From NCBI GenBank assembly GCA_040758355.1, contig JBFLWF010000001.1, positions 64,001-128,000 on the forward strand: a DNA stretch of 64,000 nt, read 5' to 3'. The position numbers were made by a program, and so were the translations under genes. Origin of the DNA: Nitrospirota bacterium (GTDB taxonomy: Bacteria; Nitrospirota; Thermodesulfovibrionia; Thermodesulfovibrionales; Dissulfurispiraceae). The notes beneath the pieces are model-generated. The model made no database searches, was not told the DNA's origin, and was given only the letters and a program-made list of their open reading frames with translations. Shown piece by piece: positions 30,833 through 41,386 of this stretch (positions within the stretch are counted from its first letter, which is position 1; each line of letters begins with the position of its first letter).

Positions 30833-32066
30833 TGCCCTCAAGGGCATTCAGGATATCCTGCCCCCTGATATCCATATCTGGCAGAAGGTGGAGTCTACAG
30901 CACTGGAGATATTCCGGAAATACGGATTTCAGGAAATAAGAATCCCCATCATAGAATCCACGGACATATTTATCAGGAGCATCGGAGAAACAACGGATAT
31001 TGTCGAAAAAGAGATGTACACCTTTCCCGACAAGGCAGGCAGGAGCATCACTATGAGACCCGAAGGCACAGCGCCTGCTGTGAGGTGTTATGTGGAGCAT
31101 CATCTTTATAATCTTTCTTCACCCCAGAAATTCTTTTATTCCGGCCCGATGTTCAGATATGAAAGACCTCAAAAAGGCAGATTCAGACAGTTTTATCAGA
31201 TAGGCGTCGAGGCGTTTGGCGTTTCCCAGCCGTCAATGGATGCAGAGATTATTGCTATGCTCAGGAATCTCCTTGAAGGGATAGGCTTGAAAGAAGTGAA
31301 TTTCGAGCTTAACTCAATTGGATGCGATAAATGCAGGCCTGACTACAGGAATGCGCTTTTGGACTTTTTCAGGAGCAGATTATCAGATTTCTGTCCTGAC
31401 TGCCAGAGGAGATATGAACTGAATCCATTGCGCATCCTTGACTGCAAGGTCGAAAGATGCATTGAGCTCAGGCAGGGCGCTCCTGTTGTTACAGACCATT
31501 TATGCAGCGAGTGCAGAGAGCACTTTGGCGAGTTGATTTTCAGATTGCAGACGCTGGAAATCCCTTATACATTGAATCCAAATCTGGTGAGGGGGCTTGA
31601 TTACTACACAAGGACAGCCTTTGAGGTAACAAGCGAACACCTTGGCGCGCAAAAGGCAGTTGCTGCAGGTGGAAGGTATGATAGACTCGTGGAAGAATTC
31701 GGCGGCCCTTCAACGCCAGCAATAGGTTTTGCTCTGGGAATGGAAAGAATAGTAACCCTCTTAAAAGAAACATGGACAGAAGATCATCCTGCACCAAAGG
31801 TATTTATCGCCACACTTGGCAAGGAAGCAGAGATTGAAGGATTCAAGATTGCTGAGGATTTGAGGGCAAAAGGTCTCTGGGCTGAGCCTAATTACGGAGG
31901 CGCATCCCTGAAAAGCCAGTTGAGAAAGGCAGACAGGATAGGCGCCGAGTTTGCATTCATAATAGGAGAGAACGAGCTAAAGGCTGGAAAGGTTCAATGG
32001 AAGAATCTGAAAAAAAGTGAGCAGGGAGAAGTGGAAATCAAAAATATCTTAACCCTATTAACATAG
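30822..32066 (+). CDS. hisS: Histidine--tRNA ligase
   Basis: KEMYTF, RPEGTA, FRYERPQKGRFRQF, RGLDYY and GGRYD. Confidence 0.98.
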   Translation: MKYSALKGIQDILPPDIHIWQKVESTALEIFRKYGFQEIRIPIIESTDIFIRSIGETTDIVEKEMYTFPDKAGRSITMRPEGTAPAVRCYVEHHLYNLSSPQKFFYSGPMFRYERPQKGRFRQFYQIGVEAFGVSQPSMDAEIIAMLRNLLEGIGLKEVNFELNSIGCDKCRPDYRNALLDFFRSRLSDFCPDCQRRYELNPLRILDCKVERCIELRQGAPVVTDHLCSECREHFGELIFRLQTLEIPYTLNPNLVRGLDYYTRTAFEVTSEHLGAQKAVAAGGRYDRLVEEFGGPSTPAIGFALGMERIVTLLKETWTEDHPAPKVFIATLGKEAEIEGFKIAEDLRAKGLWAEPNYGGASLKSQLRKADRIGAEFAFIIGENELKAGKVQWKNLKKSEQGEVEIKNILTLLT

Positions 32067-32104
32067 GGGGATTTCACAAGGGGGGACGCAAGTCCCCTTT
32101 GTGC
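32065..32104 (+). repeat. REP-like hairpin copy 4 (between convergent hisS and tatD)
   Basis: AGGGGGATTTC-ACAAGGGGGGAC-GCAA-GTCCCCTTTGTGC. Confidence 0.7.
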
Positions 32105-32105
32105 G

Positions 32106-33479
32106 CTAACCGACAACATCCAGTCTTCTAACCCTTAGTTTCACTCCGAGGGAATCTGTGATTTCTTTGCATTTATCAACATCAACGCCTTCTGCTGTAA
32201 CAACGGTTGCTGTTACATCAGGAATATATTTCGTTGCCTCTTTTATGAAATTCACCACTTCATTAAAGGCGTTTTTAAACGCGGGCTTGCATATGCTGTT
32301 ATAGGTCTCCTCATCCTGTGCATCGAGGCTTATTGATATTGAGTCTACAAGCCCCTGCAATTCAGGAAGAATGTTTCTTTTATGAATCAGATTTCCATGA
32401 CCGTTTGTATTTATCCTTACTTTGCCGCCTTTTCCCTTTACCCATGAGGCAACGGACTTCACTGCATCGAGTCTCAGCAAAGGTTCTCCATACCCGCAAA
32501 AGACTATCTCATTATATTTCGCCGGGTCACCGATGGCATCCTTTAATTCTTCTTCCGTAGGCTCATGTTCAAGCCTGAGTTTATATCCTTTTACAAAATC
32601 CGTATGAAACTTTACGCAGAAAGTGCATTTGCTTGTGCACCTGTTGGTTACATTCAAATAAAGGCTGTCCCTTATCCTGTAGGCGATTTCGGCCTCCGGC
32701 ATCTTACCAATGCCGAAGAGTCTTTTTGCGTTTAAAGTCGTAATCCTGTCTATATCTTCATAGGATATGCCTCTCAATTCAGCTATGAATTTTGCTGTAT
32801 GCACAACAAATGCAGGCTCGTTTCTTTTGCCCCTCAAAGGTTCAGGCGTTAGATAAGGTGCGTCTGTCTCGATGAGCAGGTAATCGTCAGGGATTGCCTT
32901 AGCTATCTCCCTTAACCTATCTGCGTTTTTAAATGTTACAGGCCCTGCAATGGATATGTAAAAACCCAGGCTCATCACCCTCTCAGCCATCTCCATATCC
33001 CCTGAGAAGCAGTGCATCACGCCCTTTGTAACGCCCGATTCCTCAAGGATTTTAAGGGTATCTTTTTTTGCCTCTCTGCTGTGGATAATAACAGGAAGGT
33101 TTACTTCCTTTGCATAATAAAGCTGTTTTTTGAATACATCTTTCTGAATTTCTCTCGGCGAATGGTCATAGTGGTAATCGAGGCCGATTTCGCCAATGGC
33201 AACAATTTTGCTTTTTGCCCTTTGCCCTTCGCCCTTTGCCCATCTCTTTATCTGATTGAATATCTCTTCTGTAAAGTCCTTTGCATCATGCGGATGGATG
33301 CCGACAGTGGCATAAATGAAATCATACTTTTCTGCAAGTTCTACAGCGCCCTTGCATCCCTCAAAATCAGAACCTATGGTTATGACTGCTTCTAACCCTG
33401 CTTCCCTTGCCCTTTTGATGACCTCTTCCCTGTCATTGTCAAAGGCATCCATTTCAAGATGACAATGTGTGTCTATCAT
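32106..33479 (-). CDS. tatD: TatD-family nuclease fused to a TatD-associated radical SAM domain
   Basis: MIDTHCH (start 33479), GIHPH, GEIGLD, HCFSG, ETDAPY, then NRCTSKCTFC and VFCGYGEP. Confidence 0.9.
   Translation of the reverse strand: MIDTHCHLEMDAFDNDREEVIKRAREAGLEAVITIGSDFEGCKGAVELAEKYDFIYATVGIHPHDAKDFTEEIFNQIKRWAKGEGQRAKSKIVAIGEIGLDYHYDHSPREIQKDVFKKQLYYAKEVNLPVIIHSREAKKDTLKILEESGVTKGVMHCFSGDMEMAERVMSLGFYISIAGPVTFKNADRLREIAKAIPDDYLLIETDAPYLTPEPLRGKRNEPAFVVHTAKFIAELRGISYEDIDRITTLNAKRLFGIGKMPEAEIAYRIRDSLYLNVTNRCTSKCTFCVKFHTDFVKGYKLRLEHEPTEEELKDAIGDPAKYNEIVFCGYGEPLLRLDAVKSVASWVKGKGGKVRINTNGHGNLIHKRNILPELQGLVDSISISLDAQDEETYNSICKPAFKNAFNEVVNFIKEATKYIPDVTATVVTAEGVDVDKCKEITDSLGVKLRVRRLDVVG
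33207..33241. repeat. (TTTGCCC)-type 7-nt array inside tatD
   Basis: TTTGCTT TTTGCCC TTTGCCC TTCGCCC TTTGCCC, encoding WAKGEGQRAKSK. Confidence 0.8.
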
Positions 33480-34684
33480 GCCCCGAACTTCTTCAACCTC
33501 AATGAATTTGCAAGTGCCAGAGGAATTAGATTCACTGCCGGGAATATGCCGAGCTCGCCTTTTGTGCATTCGCGCTCGGAGAATGCAGAACACAAACCGC
33601 CAAGCACATAAGGAGATTTTAACAGGACAGGCACAGGATGCCAGCTATGGCTTTTCAATAATGCAGGAGTCGAGTGGTCGCCTGTAATCATAAGCACATC
33701 AGGTTTTAGCTCAAGTATTTGGGGCAGGAGTTTATCGAATTCCTCAATCCTTGCTGCCTTTCCTTCAAAATTCCCGTCTTCGCCGTATGAGTCAATCTTT
33801 TTTACATGCACAAAGAAAAAATCATAATCATTGTATTTTTGTTTTAAAAATTTAATCTCATCTTCAACGCTTCCTTCAATTGCAGGAGTATCCATTCCTA
33901 CAAGCCTTGCAAGGCCTCTGTACATCGGATATGTTGCAATGGCAAGGGACTTTAATCCGAATGCCTCTTCGAATGTTGGAATACGGGGCATTTGAGCAAA
34001 TCCCCTTGTTAGAATAAAATTCGCCTTTTCTTCGCTTTTCAATATCTCCTGGACTTTGTTTATCAACTTCTCGGCAACCTTTGCCACCTTCTCTGCGCTT
34101 TTTGACAGAGGTGTAGCAGGCAGCGGAGCCTTTCCTTCTTTCTGCGGATCTGTATCGGTAAGCATCCCCGCATCAGGCTCAAGGTCATTCGGGAATCTGA
34201 ACAGTACGGCAAATCTGTGCTCCATACCCGGGGCAAATATTAATTCCGCCTCATCGATTTTGGTTATCTCTTTCTGGAGTCTTTCTGTGAGCTTTCTATT
34301 CTGCTCCGTTGGTATCCTGCCGGCACGTCTGTCAACGATGACCCCGTTCTTAATTGTTGCGTAGTTGCATCTTACAGCCACATCGGTTTTTCTAACCTCA
34401 AGTCCAAGACCGAGTGCCTCTAAAATTCCCCTTCCAATCTGGAATTCTATGGGGTCGTATCCGAAAATTCCAAGGTGTCCGGGTCCGCTTCCGGGAGTAA
34501 CACCATAAGCAACAGGTACATGCAATCCGCATGCAGACTCTTTTGCGAGTGCATCGAGGTTCGGAATATTTGCAGCCTCGAGCTCTGTCTTGCCATTGAT
34601 AGGGAGTCCGCCGACTCCGTCAAGGACAACCAATATTATTTTTGAATCATTCTTCTGGATTAATGGTTTTATAAGCTTTTGCAT
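33476..34684 (-). CDS. apgM: 2,3-bisphosphoglycerate-independent phosphoglycerate mutase (ApgM type)
   Basis: VLDGVGG, TPGSGPGHL, GRGILEALG and TGDHSTP...HSWHPVP. Confidence 0.92.
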   Translation of the reverse strand: MQKLIKPLIQKNDSKIILVVLDGVGGLPINGKTELEAANIPNLDALAKESACGLHVPVAYGVTPGSGPGHLGIFGYDPIEFQIGRGILEALGLGLEVRKTDVAVRCNYATIKNGVIVDRRAGRIPTEQNRKLTERLQKEITKIDEAELIFAPGMEHRFAVLFRFPNDLEPDAGMLTDTDPQKEGKAPLPATPLSKSAEKVAKVAEKLINKVQEILKSEEKANFILTRGFAQMPRIPTFEEAFGLKSLAIATYPMYRGLARLVGMDTPAIEGSVEDEIKFLKQKYNDYDFFFVHVKKIDSYGEDGNFEGKAARIEEFDKLLPQILELKPDVLMITGDHSTPALLKSHSWHPVPVLLKSPYVLGGLCSAFSERECTKGELGIFPAVNLIPLALANSLRLKKFGA

Positions 34685-34797
34685 GTCAAACTCCTTAGAA
34701 TTAGGATATGAAATGATAATGCAAGAATCTCTTTTTTGGCAACTGAAAACTTGACGATTGCGGAGTGTTTTTTGTATTGTAACTATCTGATATTTGT

Positions 34798-34870
<73 letters not shown>

Positions 34871-34952
34871 CTTGAAAAATTCCTTGAACTCCTTTCCAAA
34901 ATACTGCTTTGAAAATAACCTCTGAATCTGTGATAAACTTAATCAGGTCAAG

Positions 34953-36743
34953 ATGAAAGCCAAAAACACACTCACCATAGAATTCGCAGCAGGCGCCCTT
35001 CTCAAGAGAGGCCTGGTTTCAGCGGAGCAGTTTAATGACATAATCCTGAAAGGAGAAAAACAGAGGGAGCGCCTGCAAAGGTATCAGGAGGCGACCTACT
35101 CGAGGAGACTGCACAGGATCCCCTATTCTGTCTCTCCGGCAGAGGCCGTATCATCATTCAATATCGAAATGCCCGGCAAAGACGGGAGATTGCTCACCGA
35201 AGATATTATTACAGAGGCCGTTGCAGATGAAGTCGGCATGGAGTATAAAAAGATTGACCCCCTGAAACTCGATCTCGATGTGGTAACAAAATATGTCCCA
35301 CGCCTGTTTGCATTAAGGCATCTCATTATCCCGATAGAGGATCAGAACGGCTCTGTAATCATGGCGGTTGCCGACCCGTTCAACCTCGAGGCCGTAGAGA
35401 GTCTTCAAAAGACAAAGGGTCTGAAGATAAGGCCTGTCCTCAGTTCTAAAACAGACATAATGAAGATCGTGAGGGAGTTCTTCGGATTCCATGCATCGCT
35501 CAGCGCAGCAGAAGCAGAGATGAAGACAGGCATTGAACTGGGCAACCTCGAACAGTATTTTAAATTGAAACTGCCCGGCGAGGTGGATGCAACAGACAAG
35601 CATATCGTCAATGCAGTGGATTACCTCCTTCATTATGCCTTTGAGCAGAGGGCAAGCGACATCCACGTCGAACCGAAAAGGGAGAAGTCCTTTGTCAGGT
35701 TCAGGATAGACGGGGTGTTGCATTACATCCACACCATCCCCAAATCCCTTCATCCGCCTATAGTGTCGAGAATAAAGACACTGTCGAGGATAGACATAGC
35801 GGAAAAGAGAAGACCCCAGGACGGAAGGATCAAGACGAGCCACAAAGGGAAGGATATAGAGCTGAGGGTCTCCACCCTGCCTGTTGCATTCGGCGAAAAG
35901 GTGGTCATAAGGATATTCGATCCAGACATACTCATGCAGGACCTCGATCAGATCGGTTTTTATCCGAGGGAATACCAGTTGTACAACGCCTTCATAAGGA
36001 AGCCCAACGGCATTATACTCGTTACAGGCCCCACTGGAAGCGGAAAGACCACCACACTCTATTCCACATTGAAAACCCTCTCTTCACCTGACGTGAACAT
36101 CGTTACCATAGAAGACCCCATAGAAATGGTTGTGGAGGAATTCAATCAGGTGGGTGTGCAGTCTGCCATTGGCGTAACCTTTGCAAAGGTGCTCAGGACA
36201 ATACTGCGTCAGGACCCCGATATTATAATGGTTGGAGAGATAAGGGATAAAGAGACTGCAGAGAGTGCTGTTCAGGCTGCCTTAACAGGACACCTCGTCC
36301 TTTCCACATTGCATACCAATGATGCACCATCCTCCATTACAAGACTTCTTGACCTCGGCGTTCCTTCTTTTTTGATATCATCCACTTTAATAGGAATAGT
36401 TGCACAGAGACTTATAAGAAAGATATGCCCGTTCTGCAAAAAGGAGAGGGCTCTTACAGAGGAAGAAGTGGAGCATCTGAAGCTTGGCCCAAAAGAGTAC
36501 AGGGTATTTTTTGGCGAAGGCTGTCTTGAATGCAGGGGAACCGGCTACAGGGGCAGGACAGGAATCTTTGAGGTAATGGAATTCACAGATAAGCTGAGGA
36601 CTGTAATGTCCGATACGGTTGAATTGCATAGGTTGTACGAAATTGTAAGGGCGGACGGTCTGATTAATCTGAGGCAGGTTGCGATCAGAAAGATGCTGGA
36701 AGGTGTCACTACCTTTGAAGAGGTCATAGCTGTAACAGGATAA
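34953..36743 (+). CDS. GspE/PulE/PilB-family secretion or pilus assembly ATPase
   Basis: ASDIHVEP, GPTGSGKTTT, TIEDPIE, LRQDPDIIMVGEIRD and CPFC...CLEC zinc motif. Confidence 0.92.
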   Translation: MKAKNTLTIEFAAGALLKRGLVSAEQFNDIILKGEKQRERLQRYQEATYSRRLHRIPYSVSPAEAVSSFNIEMPGKDGRLLTEDIITEAVADEVGMEYKKIDPLKLDLDVVTKYVPRLFALRHLIIPIEDQNGSVIMAVADPFNLEAVESLQKTKGLKIRPVLSSKTDIMKIVREFFGFHASLSAAEAEMKTGIELGNLEQYFKLKLPGEVDATDKHIVNAVDYLLHYAFEQRASDIHVEPKREKSFVRFRIDGVLHYIHTIPKSLHPPIVSRIKTLSRIDIAEKRRPQDGRIKTSHKGKDIELRVSTLPVAFGEKVVIRIFDPDILMQDLDQIGFYPREYQLYNAFIRKPNGIILVTGPTGSGKTTTLYSTLKTLSSPDVNIVTIEDPIEMVVEEFNQVGVQSAIGVTFAKVLRTILRQDPDIIMVGEIRDKETAESAVQAALTGHLVLSTLHTNDAPSSITRLLDLGVPSFLISSTLIGIVAQRLIRKICPFCKKERALTEEEVEHLKLGPKEYRVFFGEGCLECRGTGYRGRTGIFEVMEFTDKLRTVMSDTVELHRLYEIVRADGLINLRQVAIRKMLEGVTTFEEVIAVTG

Positions 36744-36745
36744 AA

Positions 36746-37471
36746 TCAAACCCCCCTCTCCAACCTCTCTATTAGTGGAAATGGCAATCCGAACATCCTC
36801 ATTTTGCCCTGTGTTTTTTCTATGTCATACTCGACACGATAAAGTTTCACGGATGTATCATCAATGATTGCATAACATGCCCTCGGGTCTCCATCCCTCG
36901 GCTGTCCTACGCTCCCGACATTAATGATGTATCTCTCTGTCTCTCCGATTTTCGCTTCGTTTCTGTATGTGTTCATCTCGCCTGAAGGCATCCTCTCTAT
37001 TATAAATGGCTGGTGGCTGTGGCCTAAGAGGCATATTTTATTGTCGAAGTAATGGAAGTTAACCCCTGCATCCCAGAGGGTCAGGAGGTAATGCCATTCT
37101 TCAGGCTCTTTTGGTGTTGAATGCACGAGGAATATCTTTTTATTTTCTATTTCTTTTGAGATTAAAAACGTCTTTAGTATGGATAGATTTTCTTTGCTGA
37201 TTTTTTCCTTTGTCCATAAAATGGCTGCCTTTGCATATGGATTAAAAAAATCGATATCTGTCAGCCCGAGCACTGCCCAATCATGGTTTCCTGCAAGAAG
37301 GATTTTGCATTCAGAGTTCAAGATTGCAATGCATTCATCAGGATCCGGGCCGTAGCCAACAGCATCTCCAAGGAAGAGGATATCCGTTATTTTTTTCTTT
37401 CTAATATCTTTTAAAACAGACTTGAGTGCCTCGATATTTCCGTGGACATCTGAGATTACAGCATATCTCAT
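36746..37471 (-). CDS. Metallophosphoesterase (calcineurin-like)
   Basis: SDVHGN, GDAVGYG, GNHD, GHSH and NVGSVGQPRDG; start 37471 overlaps the nusB stop. Confidence 0.9.
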   Translation of the reverse strand: MRYAVISDVHGNIEALKSVLKDIRKKKITDILFLGDAVGYGPDPDECIAILNSECKILLAGNHDWAVLGLTDIDFFNPYAKAAILWTKEKISKENLSILKTFLISKEIENKKIFLVHSTPKEPEEWHYLLTLWDAGVNFHYFDNKICLLGHSHQPFIIERMPSGEMNTYRNEAKIGETERYIINVGSVGQPRDGDPRACYAIIDDTSVKLYRVEYDIEKTQGKMRMFGLPFPLIERLERGV

Positions 37472-37914
37472 TTCTGGCAATATTCTTTTGCTATCTTGTC
37501 GAGGATGCCGTTAATAAAGGCTGCAGATTCTGATGTGGAATACTTTTTTGCGATCTCAAGTGCCTCATTGATAGTTACGGCATTAGGGATGTCTTTTCTG
37601 AATAATAGCTCATATGTGGCAAATCTCAATATATTTCTGTCAATGCTCGCCATCCTCGATATCTTCCACTTCTTTGCCACTTTTTGAATTAATGGGTCTA
37701 TTTCCTTAAGGTTTTCAATAGTCCCTGAGATTATGTCCTCTGCAAAAGCCTTTGTATCAGGGTCTTTTTCATCCGTATCCGACCAGAATACTTCGAGGTT
37801 ATTTTTTATCCCGGAAAGATTTTTTGCCCTGTTGTTATTTCCTGTGGATACCTTTATAAAGTCGATTCTGTACAAAAACTGTAGTGCATATTCCCGTGCC
37901 TTTCTCCGTTTCAT
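37468..37914 (-). CDS. nusB: Transcription antitermination factor NusB
   Basis: RRKAREYALQFLY, DRNILR and INEALEIAKKYS...FINGILD. Confidence 0.96.
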   Translation of the reverse strand: MKRRKAREYALQFLYRIDFIKVSTGNNNRAKNLSGIKNNLEVFWSDTDEKDPDTKAFAEDIISGTIENLKEIDPLIQKVAKKWKISRMASIDRNILRFATYELLFRKDIPNAVTINEALEIAKKYSTSESAAFINGILDKIAKEYCQK

Positions 37915-37942
37915 AATTTACTCATAACTCTTAATTTATGAC

Positions 37943-38404
37943 TCATAACTTCTTTAGTACCTGTGCCATTTCTATGGCTGTAATTGCAGCATCCCATCCC
38001 TTATTGCCTGCCTTTGTTCCTGCCCTTTCAACAGCCTGCTCGATTGTATCCGATGTTATCACTCCAAAGGCTATTGGAACGCCTGTTTCCATGGATGCCG
38101 ACGCAATGCCCTTTGAAACCTCTGCTGCAACATAATCAAAATGCGGTGTTGCACCTCTTATCACTGTGCCGAGACATATGACTGCATTATATAAGCCCTT
38201 TGATGCCATCTTTTTTGCAACGAGGGGAATCTCAAATGAGCCCGGGACTTTCACCACTTCTATATCGTCTTCCTTTGCACCATGCCTTGCAAGGGCGTCT
38301 ATTGCGCCGTCAAGGAGCCTTGATGTAATGAAATCATTAAACCTGCTTACAATGATACCGAACTTAAGACCTTTTGCTTGAAGCTCGCCTTCTATTATTT
38401 TCAT
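37943..38404 (-). CDS. ribH: 6,7-dimethyl-8-ribityllumazine synthase
   Basis: [29 protein letters not shown] and GNKG. Confidence 0.97.
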   Translation of the reverse strand: MKIIEGELQAKGLKFGIIVSRFNDFITSRLLDGAIDALARHGAKEDDIEVVKVPGSFEIPLVAKKMASKGLYNAVICLGTVIRGATPHFDYVAAEVSKGIASASMETGVPIAFGVITSDTIEQAVERAGTKAGNKGWDAAITAIEMAQVLKKL

Positions 38405-38477
38405 CTCATGTCCTCCAAATAAAATTTATGCATATTTTAGCATAAGGCAGTGAATGAGTATATGGGCGCTCATTAAC

Positions 38478-39605
38478 TTATGGATAGAACAACTCAAATC
38501 TCCTCGTCCTGATGCTTATAAGTATGCCTGCTGCTATAAAATTGCTTAAAAGCGCTGTGCCTCCATAGCTCACGAAGGGCAGCGGTACTCCTACCACAGG
38601 CATTATTCCGAGGGTCATTCCTATATTCACGCAGAAATATACGAAAAACATTGCGGTTATCCCCATGGCAGTCAGTCTCCCGAATTCATCCTTCGCCCTC
38701 ATGGCTGTGTCCAGTCCCCTTAAAAACAGCATCAGATAAATGCCAAGGAGCATGATGCTTCCTGCAAAGCCCCACTCTTCTGCAAAAACCGAGAATATAA
38801 AATCCGTATGCTTTTCCGGTAAAAACCTCAATGGCCCCTGAGTTCCTTTTAAATAGCCCTTGCCAAAAAAACCGCCGGACCCTACGGATATTTTTGACTG
38901 ATTGATATGATAGCCTATGCCCGCAGGATCTACATCCGGGTCAATGAAGGCGACAAGGCGATTTTTTTGATAATCCTTAAGCCCTTCCCAGAAGATGTGG
39001 CCGAGAAATGGAATAGAGATAAGCCCGATAATAACTATCACTGTTATAATCTTTTTGCTTATCCCTTTTGAGAGGGAAAGGACTACAAATAAAGACATAA
39101 GGAGGATTGCAGTTCCAAGGTCAGGCTGTTTAATCAATAATATTAATGGCAGTATGCCAAACATGAACAGGCTTTTCATGGAAATCTTATCAACAGAATT
39201 TCTGCCCATGTTTGTCAGATAAGAGGAAAAGACGATTATAAAGAATATCCTGAAAAATTCGGATGGCTGAAAAGAGATAGGACCTATGCTCAACCATCTC
39301 TGAGCACCCATGCTGGTCCTTCCTCCGAAGAGGACAATTAAAAGGAGGAGGAGCCCTAAGCCGTATAAGGGGTAGGAGATTCTGTAAAGCCATATGTAGT
39401 CAAAGGATACAACGACAAACAGGACTCCTGTGCTTATAAGAAGCCATAATACCTGCTTTAAATAAAAGTCGGGATGTTCTCCAACTCCGAGGGGAGGTCT
39501 CGTTGCGCTGTAAATAGTCATTATCCCTATAATGGCAAGGGACATTACTATCAGGAAAGTTATCCAGTCGAAATTCTTGATTAATCTTCTGTCAATTTTC
39601 AACAT
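38478..39605 (-). CDS. rodA: Rod shape-determining protein RodA (SEDS)
   Basis: GAQRW, FQPSEF, QPDLGT, PEKHTDFIF and PFVSYGG. Confidence 0.95.
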   Translation of the reverse strand: MLKIDRRLIKNFDWITFLIVMSLAIIGIMTIYSATRPPLGVGEHPDFYLKQVLWLLISTGVLFVVVSFDYIWLYRISYPLYGLGLLLLLIVLFGGRTSMGAQRWLSIGPISFQPSEFFRIFFIIVFSSYLTNMGRNSVDKISMKSLFMFGILPLILLIKQPDLGTAILLMSLFVVLSLSKGISKKIITVIVIIGLISIPFLGHIFWEGLKDYQKNRLVAFIDPDVDPAGIGYHINQSKISVGSGGFFGKGYLKGTQGPLRFLPEKHTDFIFSVFAEEWGFAGSIMLLGIYLMLFLRGLDTAMRAKDEFGRLTAMGITAMFFVYFCVNIGMTLGIMPVVGVPLPFVSYGGTALLSNFIAAGILISIRTRRFELFYP

Positions 39606-41385
39606 GCCTTGACTCTCCGTTTTTGTTTGCTGACTGCTGACTGCTGACCGCTGACTGCTGACTTTTAAAATACGCCTCGATTGCCCTTTTTGCTATAGGT
39701 GCTGCAACAGCCCCTCCGCCGCCTCCGTGCTCCACAAAGACAGAGAGTGCTATCTCCGGGTTATCGACAGGGGCAAATGCAACAAACCATGCGTGGTCCA
39801 TAAACCGCTCGCCTGTCAGTCCCTTTTTCTTGCCCACAACCTGAGCAGTCCCTGTTTTTCCACCGATAACAGCCAATGACGACCTTGCCCCTTGTGCAGT
39901 GCCGTTGGACTCATTAACGACACCCGATAGCGCCTCCTTTATCATCTTTACTGTTTCCGGCTTTAAGGTTATTGTTCCTGACGGAGCCTGATCGATTTTT
40001 ATTAATGACGGCTTATATATCTTCCCACCGTTGGCGAAGGTTGCTGTCATTAAGGCCATCTGAATCGGCGTTGCAGTAATATAACCCTGTCCTATGGCTG
40101 AAATAAAGGTATCGCCGAGGTACCACGGAAGGCGTTTCTTTTCCTTTTTCCACTCTGTATTGGGGATTAGCCCCCTTTTTTCCTTTACAGGTATAAGCTC
40201 GATGCCGGTCTCTCTTCCGAGGCCGAAGGCTGTTGCATATTTATGGATTTTATCTATCCCGAGCCTTCTGCCCAGTTCATAGAAATATACATCGCAGGAC
40301 TCAACAATCGCCCTGTGGAAATCGACCGGGCCGTGTCCTCCCTTTTTCCAGCATCCGAATGTCCATCTCCCGTAATTTATGCCGCCGGTGCAATTGATTT
40401 TCGTGTCCGGGTTTATAATGCCTTCTTCGAGGGCTGCTATTGCTGTTATTATCTTGAACGTGGATCCAGGAGGATACTGGCTCTGCACCGCCCTGTTGAG
40501 CATGGGCTTCTTCTTGTCCTCCATAAGCGACTTCCAGTCATTATACGCTATGCCCATGGAGAATATGTTCGGGTCAAAGGATGGGAGGCTTTCGAGGGCG
40601 AGGATCTCCCCTGAATCGGACTTTATTGCCACAAGCGCGCCTGCCTTATCGCCAAAGATATCCTCCACAGCCTTCTGGATGTTTATATCGATGCTGAGAT
40701 TAACGTCATTTCCTTTAACCGAAGGCCTCTCCTGTATCATCCTCAGCTCCCTGCCGAGTGCATCCACCTCTATGATCCTCTCTCCAGGTATTCCCCTCAA
40801 CTGGTTGTCGAACAATGCCTCCACGCCCCACTGGCCTATCAATGCATCAGGTGGAAAGTGCCTTAGGTCAGGGTTATTTAATTGAGAAGTGGTTATCTTT
40901 CCGAGATAGCCTATGATGTGCGCTCCGACCTTGCCGAAGAGATACTCCCTTCCGACTTCTGTTTCAACGAAGAGTCCAGGAAAATCGGACCGTCTTGCCT
41001 CGATGCGGGCTATCTCTCCAAAGCTCAGCCCCTGTTTGAGCTTTACAGGGACAAAAGGGCTGTTGTCCTTTTTGTTTAATTTTTCTTCGACCTCTTTTTG
41101 GGTTAAACCGAGGACTGCAGAGAGCGAATCCGTGTCTATGCCCCTGAAATTGTCGGTGGTTATGGAAACGCTGAAGAACGGGATATTTTTCACCAGTGGT
41201 GTTCCGTTCCTGTCGTATATAATACCCCTCGGCGCAGGTGTCTTTAATATCCTCAGCCTGTTGTCCTCGGACAGTCTTTTATATTTGTCTCCGTCAAGTA
41301 TCTGAAGCTGCCAGAGGCGGAAACATAAGATCAGCAGTATCCCGATGATGATGTAAGAACCTAATTGTATTCTCTTCAGAATCAT
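39592..41385 (-). CDS. mrdA: Penicillin-binding protein 2
   Basis: APRGIIYDR, YPPGSTFK, SCD and KTGTAQ. Confidence 0.95.
   Translation of the reverse strand: MILKRIQLGSYIIIGILLILCFRLWQLQILDGDKYKRLSEDNRLRILKTPAPRGIIYDRNGTPLVKNIPFFSVSITTDNFRGIDTDSLSAVLGLTQKEVEEKLNKKDNSPFVPVKLKQGLSFGEIARIEARRSDFPGLFVETEVGREYLFGKVGAHIIGYLGKITTSQLNNPDLRHFPPDALIGQWGVEALFDNQLRGIPGERIIEVDALGRELRMIQERPSVKGNDVNLSIDINIQKAVEDIFGDKAGALVAIKSDSGEILALESLPSFDPNIFSMGIAYNDWKSLMEDKKKPMLNRAVQSQYPPGSTFKIITAIAALEEGIINPDTKINCTGGINYGRWTFGCWKKGGHGPVDFHRAIVESCDVYFYELGRRLGIDKIHKYATAFGLGRETGIELIPVKEKRGLIPNTEWKKEKKRLPWYLGDTFISAIGQGYITATPIQMALMTATFANGGKIYKPSLIKIDQAPSGTITLKPETVKMIKEALSGVVNESNGTAQGARSSLAVIGGKTGTAQVVGKKKGLTGERFMDHAWFVAFAPVDNPEIALSVFVEHGGGGGAVAAPIAKRAIEAYFKSQQSAVSSQQSANKNGESRHVEN
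39628..39662 (-). repeat. (GTCAGCA)x5 array at the 3' end of mrdA; same unit as in proC
   Basis: Plus strand TGCTGAC x3 CGCTGAC TGCTGAC, encoding SQQSAVSSQQSA. Confidence 0.9.
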
Positions 41386-41386
41386 A

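Noticed and set aside
33479..33593. Long N-terminal extensions in the ORF track (tatD; also leuB, dapL, accA, RDD, cutA, DUF72)
   Set aside because: They overlap upstream genes or repeats; downstream starts fit the family N-termini and the RBS or -10 positions.
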